Shown piece after piece: positions 1 through 9,887 of a stretch of 64,000 nucleotides of DNA (the stretch's first letter is position 1; every line of letters begins with the position of its first letter). A program made the position numbers and the translations under genes. Under the pieces are notes generated by a model. The model had not been told where the DNA came from and ran no database searches. It worked only from the letters and a program-made list of their open reading frames with translations. Source of the stretch: an uncultured Verrucomicrobiae bacterium. Its GTDB lineage: Bacteria > Verrucomicrobiota > Verrucomicrobiia > Chthoniobacterales > JAFAMB01. The stretch is from positions 768,001 to 832,000 of the forward strand of contig CAWEXO010000011.1 in NCBI GenBank assembly GCA_963813025.1. Direction: 5' to 3'.

Positions 1-145
1 CCGATCGTCATCCGCCGTTGCCAGATATCGCCCCAACCGCGCGTTTCCGTGGATTGGGCTCGCAAGTTGCTAACTAGAGAAATAGCAGTAAAAAGGAACA
101 GGACAGTTCGAGCCACCCTGAATGATAGACTTTTCATAACAACAT

Positions 146-1087
146 ATGCGGCGATCTCCTGACAAATTCGGCGTACTAACCCTGATCGGCGTCCTTCATC
201 TATGCAGCTTCAGCATCCCGGGCGCAAAGGCAAACGAACAGAGCGCGGGTGTTATTTTAAGCCGGAGTACGGGAAATCATCTCTTCGTGCCGGTGCGGAT
301 AAATAATCGGCCGGCCTGGTTTGCCGTAGACACCGGCGCGGCTCTTACGATCGTCGATCGGACCAAGGCGAAAACCCTCGGCCTCTCCAATCGCACCGGC
401 TCAGTGATCCTCCCCAGGCAGATCGAGGTCAACGATCGAGTTGTGCCGGTAGCCCAGGTGCAAAGCCTTATGATGGGCGGGGCCAACCTCGGCGCAGGAC
501 CGGTGGCCCTGATCGACTTGCGTGAATTTCACGGCCGATTGCGTGAATCAGGGAGCCTGGTTCCGATGGATGGCATTATCGGACTCGATATCCTGGAGAA
601 GTACGCGGCAGTGATTGATTGTTCCAATCAACGGATTTATCTGCAGGCAAGCGGGGACGGTTCGCCCGCATTTTCGAGAACGGTCAGGGGTTTTCGATTG
701 AACGCTGTCCCCATGCGGATAACGCACTCCGGCGCGCTTGAGGTCGAGGGCAGCATTGGAAACAATCACTACAGCTTCGTTGTAGATACTGGCGGATTTG
801 AGACCCTCATTCCCCTGAGCGTTGCTATCGCCAATGGTGTGCCCGTGCTGCGAACGACCGTCAGCGCCAAAGGGATCCACTCAAAGGAACGCCCGGTCGG
901 CATTGCGATCGCTCCAAGCATCGATATCGGGAAATACAAGCTCGGTCCGGCCCTGGTCGGAGTAACCGCGTTGCCGGAAGGTCCGGAGGATCTCCGCTAC
1001 CCGTTTGGCGGACTTCTCGGAGCGGACTTTTTTTTCAAGCATCGCGGCGTGATCGATGTCGGCGACAAGCTGCTCTATTTCAAGTAG
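146..1087 (+). CDS. Secreted two-domain retropepsin-like aspartyl protease
   Basis: N-terminal signal-like hydrophobic stretch; two repeats with VDTGA and VDTGG catalytic motifs, each followed by a GIIGLD/GLLGAD motif. Confidence 0.85.
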   Translation: MRRSPDKFGVLTLIGVLHLCSFSIPGAKANEQSAGVILSRSTGNHLFVPVRINNRPAWFAVDTGAALTIVDRTKAKTLGLSNRTGSVILPRQIEVNDRVVPVAQVQSLMMGGANLGAGPVALIDLREFHGRLRESGSLVPMDGIIGLDILEKYAAVIDCSNQRIYLQASGDGSPAFSRTVRGFRLNAVPMRITHSGALEVEGSIGNNHYSFVVDTGGFETLIPLSVAIANGVPVLRTTVSAKGIHSKERPVGIAIAPSIDIGKYKLGPALVGVTALPEGPEDLRYPFGGLLGADFFFKHRGVIDVGDKLLYFK

Positions 1088-1184
1088 CTGACACAACTGG
1101 CCGCTCGGCCCGCGGGTTTACTCGATTTCCTCCCAGCCGCGGCTTGCAATTCGCCGACCCGAAATTACGCTCGAAACAGCGATT

Positions 1185-1883
1185 ATGCCGATCCCTACCG
1201 GAAAACACAGTATTCCTGGATTTGATCCGGCGCTGGAGACTCTGCACTCGGATATCATGTTGATGTGCAGCCTGGTCCGGCGCACCGCGAGCAATGTGCG
1301 ACGAGGCTTTCTGGAGAATGATGATGACCTCTGCGCCGCCGCGATTGCGGACGACGAGGAGATTGATCTTCTGGAGAAACAGGTAGACCTCGCCGGCACC
1401 GAGATCCTCATGAAATATCAGCCGATAGCCTTCGATCTTCGTTGGGTTCTGGCGGCGATCAAGTTGAGTGCTCACCTTGAGGGAGTGTCAGATCATTTTG
1501 TCGTCATTGCGCGCCGGCTTCGCCAGGCGGAAGGGGGCGCATTGGCTGAGGATCAAGAGCTGATGGCGCCTCTTTTTGATGCGGTGGAGAACTCCTTAGC
1601 CCAGGCACTAGAGTCCTTTGATACGGTGGACGGTACCCTCGCCGAAAAGGTGCGCGTCCAGATGCCGCCCCTGGCCGAGAGTCTCCGCGATCTCGAGGAG
1701 CAGTTTACCGAGGAGATTAGCGCAGACCGTCAGTCCTCTCGGCTGCGCATTGCCATGATGACGCTGACGCGGAGCCTTGAGCAAATTGCCCACCTCATCC
1801 AGAGCATCGCCGAGGAGATTATTTACGTAGCTGAGGCCCAGAATGTTCGGCATTCCGGCAACCGCCTGATCGAGGACGGCTGA
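1185..1883 (+). CDS. phoU: PhoU-family protein
   Basis: DDEEIDLLE, YQPIAFDLR and RSLEQIAH..IAEEIIY PhoU-like helical repeat motifs. Confidence 0.8.
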   Translation: MPIPTGKHSIPGFDPALETLHSDIMLMCSLVRRTASNVRRGFLENDDDLCAAAIADDEEIDLLEKQVDLAGTEILMKYQPIAFDLRWVLAAIKLSAHLEGVSDHFVVIARRLRQAEGGALAEDQELMAPLFDAVENSLAQALESFDTVDGTLAEKVRVQMPPLAESLRDLEEQFTEEISADRQSSRLRIAMMTLTRSLEQIAHLIQSIAEEIIYVAEAQNVRHSGNRLIEDG

Positions 1884-1955
1884 TCAGCCTGTGCCGCTCG
1901 CAAATTCGTAGCGGGTTTGCAAGTGACACCGGCTATCGTCCTCCATCCCCTCAAC

Positions 1956-4013
1956 ATGTCTGAATCCTGCCCAGAAACGCCGCTCTGGCAGCCGAGCGCA
2001 TTTCAGATCGAAAACGGTAATCTGACCCGTTACGTGCGCTGGCTCGCGTCACACGGGTATTACCGGCCGATGAGCGGACCGGCCGAGCTCTATCGGTGGT
2101 CAATCAAAAACCCTGCGGAGTTCTGGTCGTCGATCGCCGTATACTTCGATGTCCACTTTTTCACCTCGGCGGACATGGTATTGACGAGCGGCAGCGCCTT
2201 GGAGGCGCGCTGGTTTCCGGGCGCAACCTTGAACTACGCGGAACATCTTCTCCGTGGCGGCAAAGACTGTCCAGAAAAGCTCGCGGTGATTGCTCTTGCT
2301 GAGCCCGGGGACAGCCGGGGTCGTCGAACCTACACCTTCGCCCAACTCGAGCGAGAGGTGGCCCGCGTTGCCGCCTGGCTCCGGTCCATCGGTGTCGGCA
2401 AGGGAGATCGGGTAGCCGGATTGATGCCGAATTCGCCCGAGACCGTTATCGCCTGTCTTGCCAGCGCGAGCCTGGGAGCGATCTGGTCGAGCTGTCCGCC
2501 GGAGCTGTCTCCCAAAGGCATTATCGATCGCTGGTCGCAGATCGAGCCAGTCGTCCTATTTTTCGTTTCCGGTTACCGGTATGGCGGGAAATTCTATGAC
2601 CGGCGCGAAGCGGTTATGCAGGTGATCGAAGGTCTTCCAAGCGTCCGCGCCGCCGTTCAAGTGGAGGAAGAAAGTCTCTTTTTACTCGCAACGACTGGCT
2701 CGGTGCGCTTTTTCCAATGGACTCAACTCGGAACTCGCAACTCGGGACCCGCCACTCGGGACTCGCAACCCGGGACCCGGGACCCGGGACCCGACACTCT
2801 CCAGTTTGAGCCGGTCGGCTTCGGGCATCCGCTCTGGATTTTGTATTCTTCCGGAACAACCGGGATCCCCAAACCGATCGTCCACGGTCATGGAGGGATG
2901 CTTCTCGAGCATCTCAAAACGCTCTCTCTCCATCTTGACCTGAAAGCGGACGATCGCTTCTTCTGGTATACCACCGCCGGATGGATGATGTGGAATTTCC
3001 TGATATCTGGTCTGGGTCTGGCGGCGACAATTGTGCTTTATGATGGCAGCCCGAAATACCCGGATCTGGGCGTGCTCTGGAGATTGATCGAGCAAGAAAA
3101 GCTGACCTACTTCGGTACCAGCGCGCCCTTTCTCGCGGTCTGTGAGAAGGCGGGGCTCGAGCCGGGCTTCGTTGCCAACCTGACCTCCCTGCGTTCGATC
3201 GGGTCAACCGGAGCGCCCCTCTCGCCGGAGGGTTTTCGCTGGGTTTACCGATCCGTGAAATCCGATCTTTGGCTCGGGTCGGCTAGCGGCGGCACGGACG
3301 TCTGTACCGCCTTTGTTCTCTCGCATCCCTGGTTACCCGTATATGCGGGAAAACTTCAGTGCCGGGGTTTGGGCGCTCCGATCGAAGCGTGGGATGCTGA
3401 AGGTAAACCGGTCTGGGACGAGGTCGGCGAACTGGTCTTAACCGGATCGATGCCCTGCATGCCCGTCGGGTTCTGGAATGATCCGGATAGAGAACGGTTC
3501 CGGGCCGCTTACTTTGAGCATTACCCGGGAATCTGGCGCCATGGCGACTGGATCGAGATCTGTGCCGGGGATGGCCAATGCATCATTTACGGACGTTCGG
3601 ATTCGACCCTGAATCGAGGCGGGATCCGTATGGGAACCAGCGAATTTTACCGAGTCATTGAAGCGATCCCGGAAGTTCTCGAAGCCCTGGTCATCGACAC
3701 CACGAGCCTGGGGGCCGTTGGGCAACACGGGCGGCTCCTGCTTTTTGTCGTGCTGCGCGAGGGCGAATCGCTCAGGCAAGCCCTCAGGGAACAGATTTGT
3801 TCCACGGTCAAGGCCGCTTTATCGCCGCGCTACGTTCCGGACGAGGTATATGCCGTCCCGGAAATTCCGCACACCCTGAACGGCAAAAAACTCGAGGTGC
3901 CGGTCAAACGAATCTTCCAGGGAATTGAGCCGGCGAAAGCCGTGGCACGCGAAGCGATGAGCAACCCCGATGCGTTGAAACCGTTCCTGGAACTGGCAAA
4001 GAGCAGCCGGTGA
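1956..4013 (+). CDS. Acetoacetate--CoA ligase (acetoacetyl-CoA synthetase)
   Basis: WFPGATLNYAE, HPLWILYSSGTTGIPKPIVH, SGGTDVC, GRSDSTLNRGGIRMG, NGKKLEVPVK; ATG at 1956 chosen as start. Confidence 0.95.
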   Translation: MSESCPETPLWQPSAFQIENGNLTRYVRWLASHGYYRPMSGPAELYRWSIKNPAEFWSSIAVYFDVHFFTSADMVLTSGSALEARWFPGATLNYAEHLLRGGKDCPEKLAVIALAEPGDSRGRRTYTFAQLEREVARVAAWLRSIGVGKGDRVAGLMPNSPETVIACLASASLGAIWSSCPPELSPKGIIDRWSQIEPVVLFFVSGYRYGGKFYDRREAVMQVIEGLPSVRAAVQVEEESLFLLATTGSVRFFQWTQLGTRNSGPATRDSQPGTRDPGPDTLQFEPVGFGHPLWILYSSGTTGIPKPIVHGHGGMLLEHLKTLSLHLDLKADDRFFWYTTAGWMMWNFLISGLGLAATIVLYDGSPKYPDLGVLWRLIEQEKLTYFGTSAPFLAVCEKAGLEPGFVANLTSLRSIGSTGAPLSPEGFRWVYRSVKSDLWLGSASGGTDVCTAFVLSHPWLPVYAGKLQCRGLGAPIEAWDAEGKPVWDEVGELVLTGSMPCMPVGFWNDPDRERFRAAYFEHYPGIWRHGDWIEICAGDGQCIIYGRSDSTLNRGGIRMGTSEFYRVIEAIPEVLEALVIDTTSLGAVGQHGRLLLFVVLREGESLRQALREQICSTVKAALSPRYVPDEVYAVPEIPHTLNGKKLEVPVKRIFQGIEPAKAVAREAMSNPDALKPFLELAKSSR
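2726..2795 (+). repeat. Heptamer tandem repeat (AC(T/C)CGnn x10) inside the ligase CDS
   Basis: actcgga actcgca actcggg acccgcc actcggg actcgca acccggg acccggg acccggg acccgac. Confidence 0.9.
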
Positions 4014-4186
4014 ATTGGCGAGAGCCGTAAAGAATCTAGCGCGGCATAGCCACAACAAGATCGTCTTCGTCCTCGCTTCAGCGGACAAGGGGCAAGAATC
4101 CTGCGGCGGGGGAGTTCTTATTCATGCTGAGTAATCGGCCTGGAAACGTGAACACCGAAGAAATTGAACAGAAGATCGCGAAGATC

Positions 4187-4349
4187 ACGGCGCGGCAGAG
4201 CCGCAACCAAAGCATCCGCGCAGTCCACTGACAGGCTGGAAGCCTGTGCCACTTTTCCAGCGTGACACCGGCATCTTGCCGGTCAATCTTCAAACTGTTC
4301 AGCTCCTCGTAAATCCTCGCAGGAGAACAACATTTTCACGGACAGTAGT
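4187..4349 (+). mobile_element. 163-bp dispersed non-coding element, family A, copy 1
   Basis: Near-identical copies at 45904-46067 and 46386-46548; ends ACGGCGCGGCAGAGCCGCAACCAAAG ... TTTTCACGGACAGTAGT; internal REP-like hairpin pair. Confidence 0.85.
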
Positions 4350-4530
4350 GCAAAGAAGACTGTCCGCGAAAATCGTGGAGTGAGCGAAACAATCCTTTTA
4401 TTTGTTCTTTACTCCTACAGAATGTGGCGTTTTTAGAATGAGTACTCAATTTCTATGAGCTGTTCCCAGAGGCCGCATTCATCGATGATTCTCAAAGATT
4501 TCTCTTCTTTGTGATCTCGCGATCGTCTGT

Positions 4531-4861
4531 TCAAAATCTTCGAGGCGTATCATCGGGCAGTTTGAGCAGATAATCGAACCGCGCAGTCGGCGAAAGGTAA
4601 AGGACGTTTTCCGCATGATACGCGGTCGGTTCGTCAATCCGGGAACGGCGCCGGCTGCCGGGTGCGGCGTGCTCCAGCGCTTGACGCCGAAGCGCAAAAC
4701 GGGCTTCAGCAAACCTTAAAAAAGATCAGGCAGAGCACGGGCTGCGAATATTGTTGAGCGGTAAGTCCCGAGTTTGCCCGGAGTTGGTCCGCGGCATCCC
4801 AGAGTCGCTTTTCCAGCGTGTTCGTTCCTTGATTTTTTTTGGGGGGAGCAATCCAGATCAT
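4531..4861 (-). pseudogene. hsdM: Remnant of type I restriction-modification M subunit (HsdM N-terminus), frameshifted and truncated
   Basis: Manual translation [47 protein letters not shown] / +1 shift in A6 run 4718-4723 / LRFAEARF...AYHAENVLYLSPTARFDYLLKLP, then stop; [12 protein letters not shown] and LIFLRFA are HsdM_N hallmarks. Confidence 0.8.
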
Positions 4862-4899
4862 TTTTGAATCTTGAGCGGTGATCGTTCCGCGCTCGGTGG

Positions 4900-5307
4900 T
4901 TAATGCGATCGCTGTGACAAAAGTTTTAACTTCGGAAAGTAGCGACGCAAATAACCGCGATCTACCGCGGCCAATCGATCCGATTGAAAGAGAGCGTGCG
5001 CGCCAATCAGAAAATCGGGAATCATAAACCTCCGCGGGCCGCCTTCCTGGCGATAGTTCCTGAAAATGCTTCCGGCCTCAAACGCCGCTGCAGGGTTAAT
5101 CGGATCAAATCGAATGCCGAGTTCTTCCAGAGTCTGGAGAGCATCCTTCATTGAAGGAAAAGCAGGGGCAATCTCGGAAAATACCACATCGCACGCTGCT
5201 AGTTCGCCTTCCCGCAAGGCGGCAAGCAACACACCGGACCAGTCACCGGCGTCTGGTTCATCATTGAAGATCGCCCAGAGCACCGAAGAATCGACTGCCG
5301 TGATCAT
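4900..5307 (-). CDS. vapC: PIN-domain (VapC) toxin
   Basis: [25 protein letters not shown] acidic PIN residues; overlaps the antitoxin stop. Confidence 0.92.
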   Translation of the reverse strand: MITAVDSSVLWAIFNDEPDAGDWSGVLLAALREGELAACDVVFSEIAPAFPSMKDALQTLEELGIRFDPINPAAAFEAGSIFRNYRQEGGPRRFMIPDFLIGAHALFQSDRLAAVDRGYLRRYFPKLKLLSQRSH

Positions 5308-5561
5308 CGATTGGTTCCGGCCGATGGCAGTTCTACAGGCCCGCGCGTCTGTTCAAGCCAGGCCTTCGTACTGGCGGCCGGAATCCGTTTCTTGCCAATT
5401 CCTCGCACTCTTTTCCAAGCCGCCTCGTTGGCGACTTTGACCGCCTTTAAGAACGGCGCGTTTTCGTCGAAGTCGAGTTGTTGTCCCGTCTTGAGTCCGA
5501 GCCGTTGCCGAATTTTGAGCGGGATAGTGATTTGCCCTTTGCTGGTGAGAGTCGCCTTCAT
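5304..5561 (-). CDS. vapB: AbrB/MazE/SpoVT-family antitoxin
   Basis: MKATLTSKGQITIPLKIRQRLGL AbrB motif; ATG at 5561. Confidence 0.92.
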   Translation of the reverse strand: MKATLTSKGQITIPLKIRQRLGLKTGQQLDFDENAPFLKAVKVANEAAWKRVRGIGKKRIPAASTKAWLEQTRGPVELPSAGTNR

Positions 5562-5587
5562 TACTGTAAAGTAAGAATTTACAGTAA
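5561..5587. promoter_or_regulatory. Palindromic operator abutting the antitoxin start codon (probable autoregulation site)
   Basis: Perfect 10-bp inverted repeat TTACTGTAAA-N7-TTTACAGTAA; on the minus strand a TACTTT -10-like hexamer lies 6 nt before ATG. Confidence 0.7.
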
Positions 5588-5655
5588 GATCAGCCTTTGG
5601 CAATCCAGGATGGCGAGGGCGCTACGTACGGGCCGTCCGCCTTACACAGGGAAGG

Positions 5656-5798
5656 CCCCGAGTCGGTAGGGCGAAAATTTATCCGAGCCTCAGCGAGGAC
5701 TCGTTTGAGCCGGACATTGGAAGTGGCCGCGCGCAGCGGCCGGCTCAAACAAGTTCTCGCCTGGCGCTCGAATAAATTTTCGCCCTACCGGCTCGGGG
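5656..5798. repeat. REPIN-like long hairpin (GTAG-type REP, family B)
   Basis: ccccgagtcggtagggcgaaaatttatccgagc ... gctcgaataaattttcgccctaccggctcgggg, with inner IR gcgaggactcgtttgagccgg / ccggctcaaacaagttctcgc. Confidence 0.85.
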
Positions 5799-5802
5799 CA
5801 AA

Positions 5803-5900
5803 GACTGGCACTGGCACTCCCCCGGATGACCGATGACCGATGACCGATTACCGATGACTCCTGACTCCCGACGCCGGCACCGACACTGGCACTGGCACTT
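5803..5900 (+). repeat. Mixed hexamer (ACTGGC) and heptamer (TGACCGA) tandem repeats
   Basis: gactggcactggcact, gatgaccgatgaccgatgaccgattaccgatgac, ccggcaccgacactggcactggcact. Confidence 0.8.
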
Positions 5901-5942
5901 TCTTCCCTTGGTCTACCGGCTCCCCTTTGATACCACTATCCC

Positions 5943-7340
5943 ATGGCGCGTTCCCAAGTTCCCCCAAAACCCGCCGAGCGCGATCGGGCGCCAGCCGGAT
6001 GGCTCTCCCGGGTTACGGGTTTCTTCCTTTATCTATTTCAGCGGATTACCCCAGACCCGTATATTTTCGCGGTCTCCCTGACGATTCTCACGGCGATGCT
6101 TGCCTTTTTGTTTGCTCCAAAACGAACGCCGGAAGTCCTCCTCAGCTCTTGGTACGCAGGCATGTTCAAGATTCTGGAATTCGCTTTTCAGATGGTGCTG
6201 ATCCTGGTAACGGGCTATGCGCTGTCTAACTCGATCCCGGTGAGGCGGCTGCTCGGATGGCTGGCATCGCGGGTCAGCACGCCGCGCGGCGCGATCGTCC
6301 TGACGATTGTGGTCGTGATGGTTACCTCGTTTTTTAACTGGGGATGCGGCTTGGTCGTAGCGGGCCTCCTGGCCCGCGAAATCGCGAAGCGGCTCAGGAT
6401 CGATTTCGGATGGCTGGTCGGGGCCGCCTATTCCGGGTGGATCATCTGGGCAAGCGGTTTCTCCAGCTCGATCGCTTTGGCTCAGGCTACTCCCGGTTCA
6501 GCGCTCAACATCGTGCAGAAGATGACCGGCGAAGTTCTTCCGTTGAGCCGTACGGTTTTTGCACCGTTCAATCTGGTTCCGGTGCTTGTGCTCCTGGTTC
6601 TGCTGCCCCTCCTTTACTGCGCGATGCAGCCGGCCGAGAGTGACGCGATTGCCGCGGACGCTGATCGGCTGCGTGAGGAAGATATCCTGCCCGAAACGAA
6701 AACTTCAACTGAACCGACAATCGCCGAAAGATTGGAGCGGGCCTGGATCCTGAATCTAGTCGTTGTGGCGGCCGGGATCAGCGCGCTCAACTTTGCCTGG
6801 GCTAGAACCGGTCCCAGCCTCGACATTAACTCAGTCATCTTCATTTTTCTCCTGGCTGGACTCCTTCTGCATTGGACGCCCATCGGTTACGTCCGGGCCG
6901 TGAACAGCGCCGCGCGGATCACCGGACCCTTAATCCTCCAGTACCCGCTTTATGGCGGGATCATGGGAATTATGTCCGGTACCGGGTTAGCCGATGTGAT
7001 TTCAAAAGCGTTCGTCAATTTTGCCAACGCGCACACGCTACCGTTCTGGAATTACATTGCTTCAGTGATCATCAGCTTTTTTATCCCGAGTGGAGGAGGA
7101 CACTGGGCGGTTCAGGGTCCATTCGCGGTACCGGCAGCAGCTCAGGCACATGCATCCCAGGCGGCCACCGCGATGGCGGTGGCGATGGGTGAGCAGGTCA
7201 CGAACATGATTCAACCCTTCTGGGCGTTGCCGGTCCTGGCGATCGCCGGCATCAGTCTGCGCCGCGTCATGGGGTACACGGTAATGAGCTTCTTTGTAGG
7301 GTTCGTGGTATTCGCGCTAGCGCTCCTGCTGCTGACCTGA
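5943..7340 (+). CDS. atoE: Short-chain fatty acid transporter, AtoE family
   Basis: PDPYIFA, FAFQMVLILVTGYAL, LQYPLYGGIMGIM, IPSGGGHWAVQGP, NMIQPFWALP. Confidence 0.93.
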   Translation: MARSQVPPKPAERDRAPAGWLSRVTGFFLYLFQRITPDPYIFAVSLTILTAMLAFLFAPKRTPEVLLSSWYAGMFKILEFAFQMVLILVTGYALSNSIPVRRLLGWLASRVSTPRGAIVLTIVVVMVTSFFNWGCGLVVAGLLAREIAKRLRIDFGWLVGAAYSGWIIWASGFSSSIALAQATPGSALNIVQKMTGEVLPLSRTVFAPFNLVPVLVLLVLLPLLYCAMQPAESDAIAADADRLREEDILPETKTSTEPTIAERLERAWILNLVVVAAGISALNFAWARTGPSLDINSVIFIFLLAGLLLHWTPIGYVRAVNSAARITGPLILQYPLYGGIMGIMSGTGLADVISKAFVNFANAHTLPFWNYIASVIISFFIPSGGGHWAVQGPFAVPAAAQAHASQAATAMAVAMGEQVTNMIQPFWALPVLAIAGISLRRVMGYTVMSFFVGFVVFALALLLLT

Positions 7341-7437
7341 TGCTCGGTTGCCTGGTGCAACGTTGTGAGGCGGCGCCGGTGAGCGTGGCTGAATACCTGG
7401 GCGTCGGGAATTCTACCGTTGCCGCTCCGAGTTTGCC

Positions 7438-7725
7438 GCTCCGGAGGAGCTGAAAGAAAATAGGCCGGCGCTTCAGCGCCGGTACGCCGATTAACCAGGA
7501 GCCGCGTCCCGTAGGGCCGCCCTGAATAACGCCGCAGCGGACGAGGCGCTGCGGGAATGTGTGGCGATGATCTGACTGTGGATGGCGCAGGTGACCTTCA
7601 AACCGACCCTCCGGGACGGTGTCACTCAGATGGAAGCTATACCGGCATTTCATGTCAGCCCATTTTCGCTAGCCCCTCCGGGGCACAGAAGCGGATACAA
7701 AAGCCACGTTGCGAAACAGCCTCCT
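7438..7725. repeat. Multi-hairpin REP-like element of the kind flanking Y1 (IS200/RAYT-like) transposases, ending in a TTGCGAAACAGCCTC end motif
   Basis: Hairpins gctccggaggagc, ccggcgcttcagcgccgg and cgtcccgtaggg, with mirrored ccctccgggacg and gcccctccggggc; related sequence at 16924-17016. Confidence 0.55.
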
Positions 7726-7738
7726 CATCTGGCGCACC

Positions 7739-8401
7739 TCAAGGCCGCACCAAAAGCACATCCACTGTCCGCGGCCCGTGCACTCCTTTGACCTTGGTCA
7801 TCTCGATGTCAACCGTACCGGAGGGACCGGAAAACAGGGTGATCGGTTTTCCCTTGATCGCGATCAGCTCGCGAATGCCTTCCGGAACAGTCTCCCGGAT
7901 CTGGTCCTGCCGAACGACACACAGGTGATAGTCAGGCAAAAGGGTAAATCGGCGCGGCCCTTCCCCGGTTGCGCCGGTCAAGATGATTGTGCCGGTTATC
8001 GCCAGCGCAAGTGTGCATTTCGTCAAAACGCCATCGCAGTGATCGATCTCTTCATTGGTCAGGTCGCGCTCCCGAACCGGGTCCATAGTTCCGGATATCC
8101 ATTCCTCAGGGATGCCGCGCGGAATCAAGATTCGGCGTTTGCCGCGCTCCGCGAGCAAATCAGCAATGGCTTGGCGCACACCGGGTGTCGAGGTCTCCCG
8201 CACAAAAGCGCCGCATTCGGTTACCCGTACTTTGAACAGCTCGATCATGGCCGCTGGATCGAGCTGGCCAGAGTGCGAATAGCCGCGTTTCAACTCTTGC
8301 CTGCTCTTGCTTTGCAGCTCCAGGCGGGCATCGCGCGACAAGCCGTTTCCGACAATCTGCTCAATGCTTCTCAGAATGTCCGCTCGCGAATTCTCATTCA
8401 T
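7739..8401 (-). CDS. lutC: Lactate utilization protein LutC/YkgG (LUD domain)
   Basis: ALAITGTI, GPRRFTLLPDYHLCVV, FSGPSGTVDIEMTKVKGVHGPR; ATG at 8401 overlaps the lutB end. Confidence 0.92.
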   Translation of the reverse strand: MNENSRADILRSIEQIVGNGLSRDARLELQSKSRQELKRGYSHSGQLDPAAMIELFKVRVTECGAFVRETSTPGVRQAIADLLAERGKRRILIPRGIPEEWISGTMDPVRERDLTNEEIDHCDGVLTKCTLALAITGTIILTGATGEGPRRFTLLPDYHLCVVRQDQIRETVPEGIRELIAIKGKPITLFSGPSGTVDIEMTKVKGVHGPRTVDVLLVRP

Positions 8402-9887
8402 GAGAGACCTCATGTTTAGTCGCGGATGGGTCCGCCGGCTCCGACCTGGTCCGCTTCCACCATTCGTGAAAACTTTCGCTGGGCAGGGCGGGAAAATCTC
8501 GCACCGCTGTCCAGGCACCGAGCGGACCCGGCAGGCCCGTGATGAACCCGTCGCGCTCAAAAAGTTTCAGTCCGATCTTCGCGAGGCTTTCCCACCCGTG
8601 CAGAGCTCCGTAGCTGCTGAAAACCAATGCCGCAGCTTGCATCATTATATTCTCCGGATCGAGACGGCCAACCAATGTCTGCTGTTTCTGGCGAACGATC
8701 TTGCCTCGCAAATGAATCAGCACGTCCGGAATGTTAATTTTAACCGGACAAACGTCATAACAGGCGCCGCAAAGCGACGAGGCAAAAGGAAGGCTGGTGG
8801 AGTGTTCGAGGTTTTGGAGTTGCGGCGTGACAATGGCGCCGATCGGTCCCGAATACACTGAGCCATAAGCGTGTCCACCGGTCTGTCGATAGACTGGGCA
8901 GATATTCAGGCAAGCGGCGCAACGGATGCAATGAAGTGTCTGTCGAGCGGCCTCATCCGCCAGGACTTTCGTCCGGCCGTTATCCAAAAAAACGACGTGC
9001 ATCTCGCGGGGCCCGTCCCCGCTATGAACGCCGGTCCAGATCGAGGTGTACGGATTCATGCGTTCACCCGTGGCGGATCGGGCCAGCAATTGCAGGAAAA
9101 CTTCCAGGTCCTGGAACTGTGGGATGATCTTCTCAATGCCGACCAGGGAGATCAGGACGTCGGGAAGCGTGAGACACATCCGGGCGTTTCCTTCGCTTTC
9201 GACGATCACGATCGCGCCGGTATCAGCAACAGCATAGTTCGCTCCGCTCACCGCGACCTTAATCGTCAGAAATTTTTCCCGAAGATAACGGCGCGCCGCG
9301 CCGGTAAGCTGCTCAGGGACGTCTGTTAGTTTGTCGATTCCAAGCGCGGCCAAAGGCATCTTTTTCTCGAAGATTTGCCGGATCTGGGCGCGATTTTTGT
9401 GGAGAGCCGGGACCACGATATGCGAGGGTTGATCTTCCCCCAGCTGGATGATCAAGTCAGCCAGATCGGTTTCGTCCGGCGTGATGCCGCGCTCCTGGAG
9501 ATACTCGTTTAAGCCGATCTCGTCCGAGGTCATCGTTTTGACCTTGATCACCTCTTTCGCGGCGTGACCGCTGATGATGTCGGCAATCAGGCGATTCGCT
9601 TCATCGGCGTCCCTGGCCCAGTGCACCTGTCCCCCGGCCGCTGCGAAGTTGGTTTCAAATTGCTCAAGATAGAGGTCGAGATACTTGAGGGTCTGCGCCT
9701 TGATGTCGTAGCCCGCCTGACGCAGCGCTTCCCAATCAGGCGTCTGGCTGACGAGCCGAGCGCGTTTGCCCCGAATCAGATCAGTGGCGTGCCGGACATT
9801 GTGACGGAGCTGCGTGTCTTGTAATGCCTCTTTGGCTGCTTCCGGAAACGGCGGCGCGCTGGCCGCGTGACCCACCCGCGTGCTCAT
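8394..9887 (-). CDS. lutB: L-lactate oxidation iron-sulfur protein LutB/LldF
   Basis: ETDLADLIIQL, PSHIVVPALHK, CIRCAACLNICPVY, SSLCGACYDVCPVKI. Confidence 0.95.
   Translation of the reverse strand: MSTRVGHAASAPPFPEAAKEALQDTQLRHNVRHATDLIRGKRARLVSQTPDWEALRQAGYDIKAQTLKYLDLYLEQFETNFAAAGGQVHWARDADEANRLIADIISGHAAKEVIKVKTMTSDEIGLNEYLQERGITPDETDLADLIIQLGEDQPSHIVVPALHKNRAQIRQIFEKKMPLAALGIDKLTDVPEQLTGAARRYLREKFLTIKVAVSGANYAVADTGAIVIVESEGNARMCLTLPDVLISLVGIEKIIPQFQDLEVFLQLLARSATGERMNPYTSIWTGVHSGDGPREMHVVFLDNGRTKVLADEAARQTLHCIRCAACLNICPVYRQTGGHAYGSVYSGPIGAIVTPQLQNLEHSTSLPFASSLCGACYDVCPVKINIPDVLIHLRGKIVRQKQQTLVGRLDPENIMMQAAALVFSSYGALHGWESLAKIGLKLFERDGFITGLPGPLGAWTAVRDFPALPSESFHEWWKRTRSEPADPSATKHEVSHE

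Noticed and set aside
4078..4293. ORFs MKIDRQDAGVTLEKWHRLPACQW... (and similar ones at 45672-46010, 45815-46003, 46230-46485) that look like a repeated small-protein family
   Set aside because: They are translations of the non-coding family A element; frames and stops differ between copies
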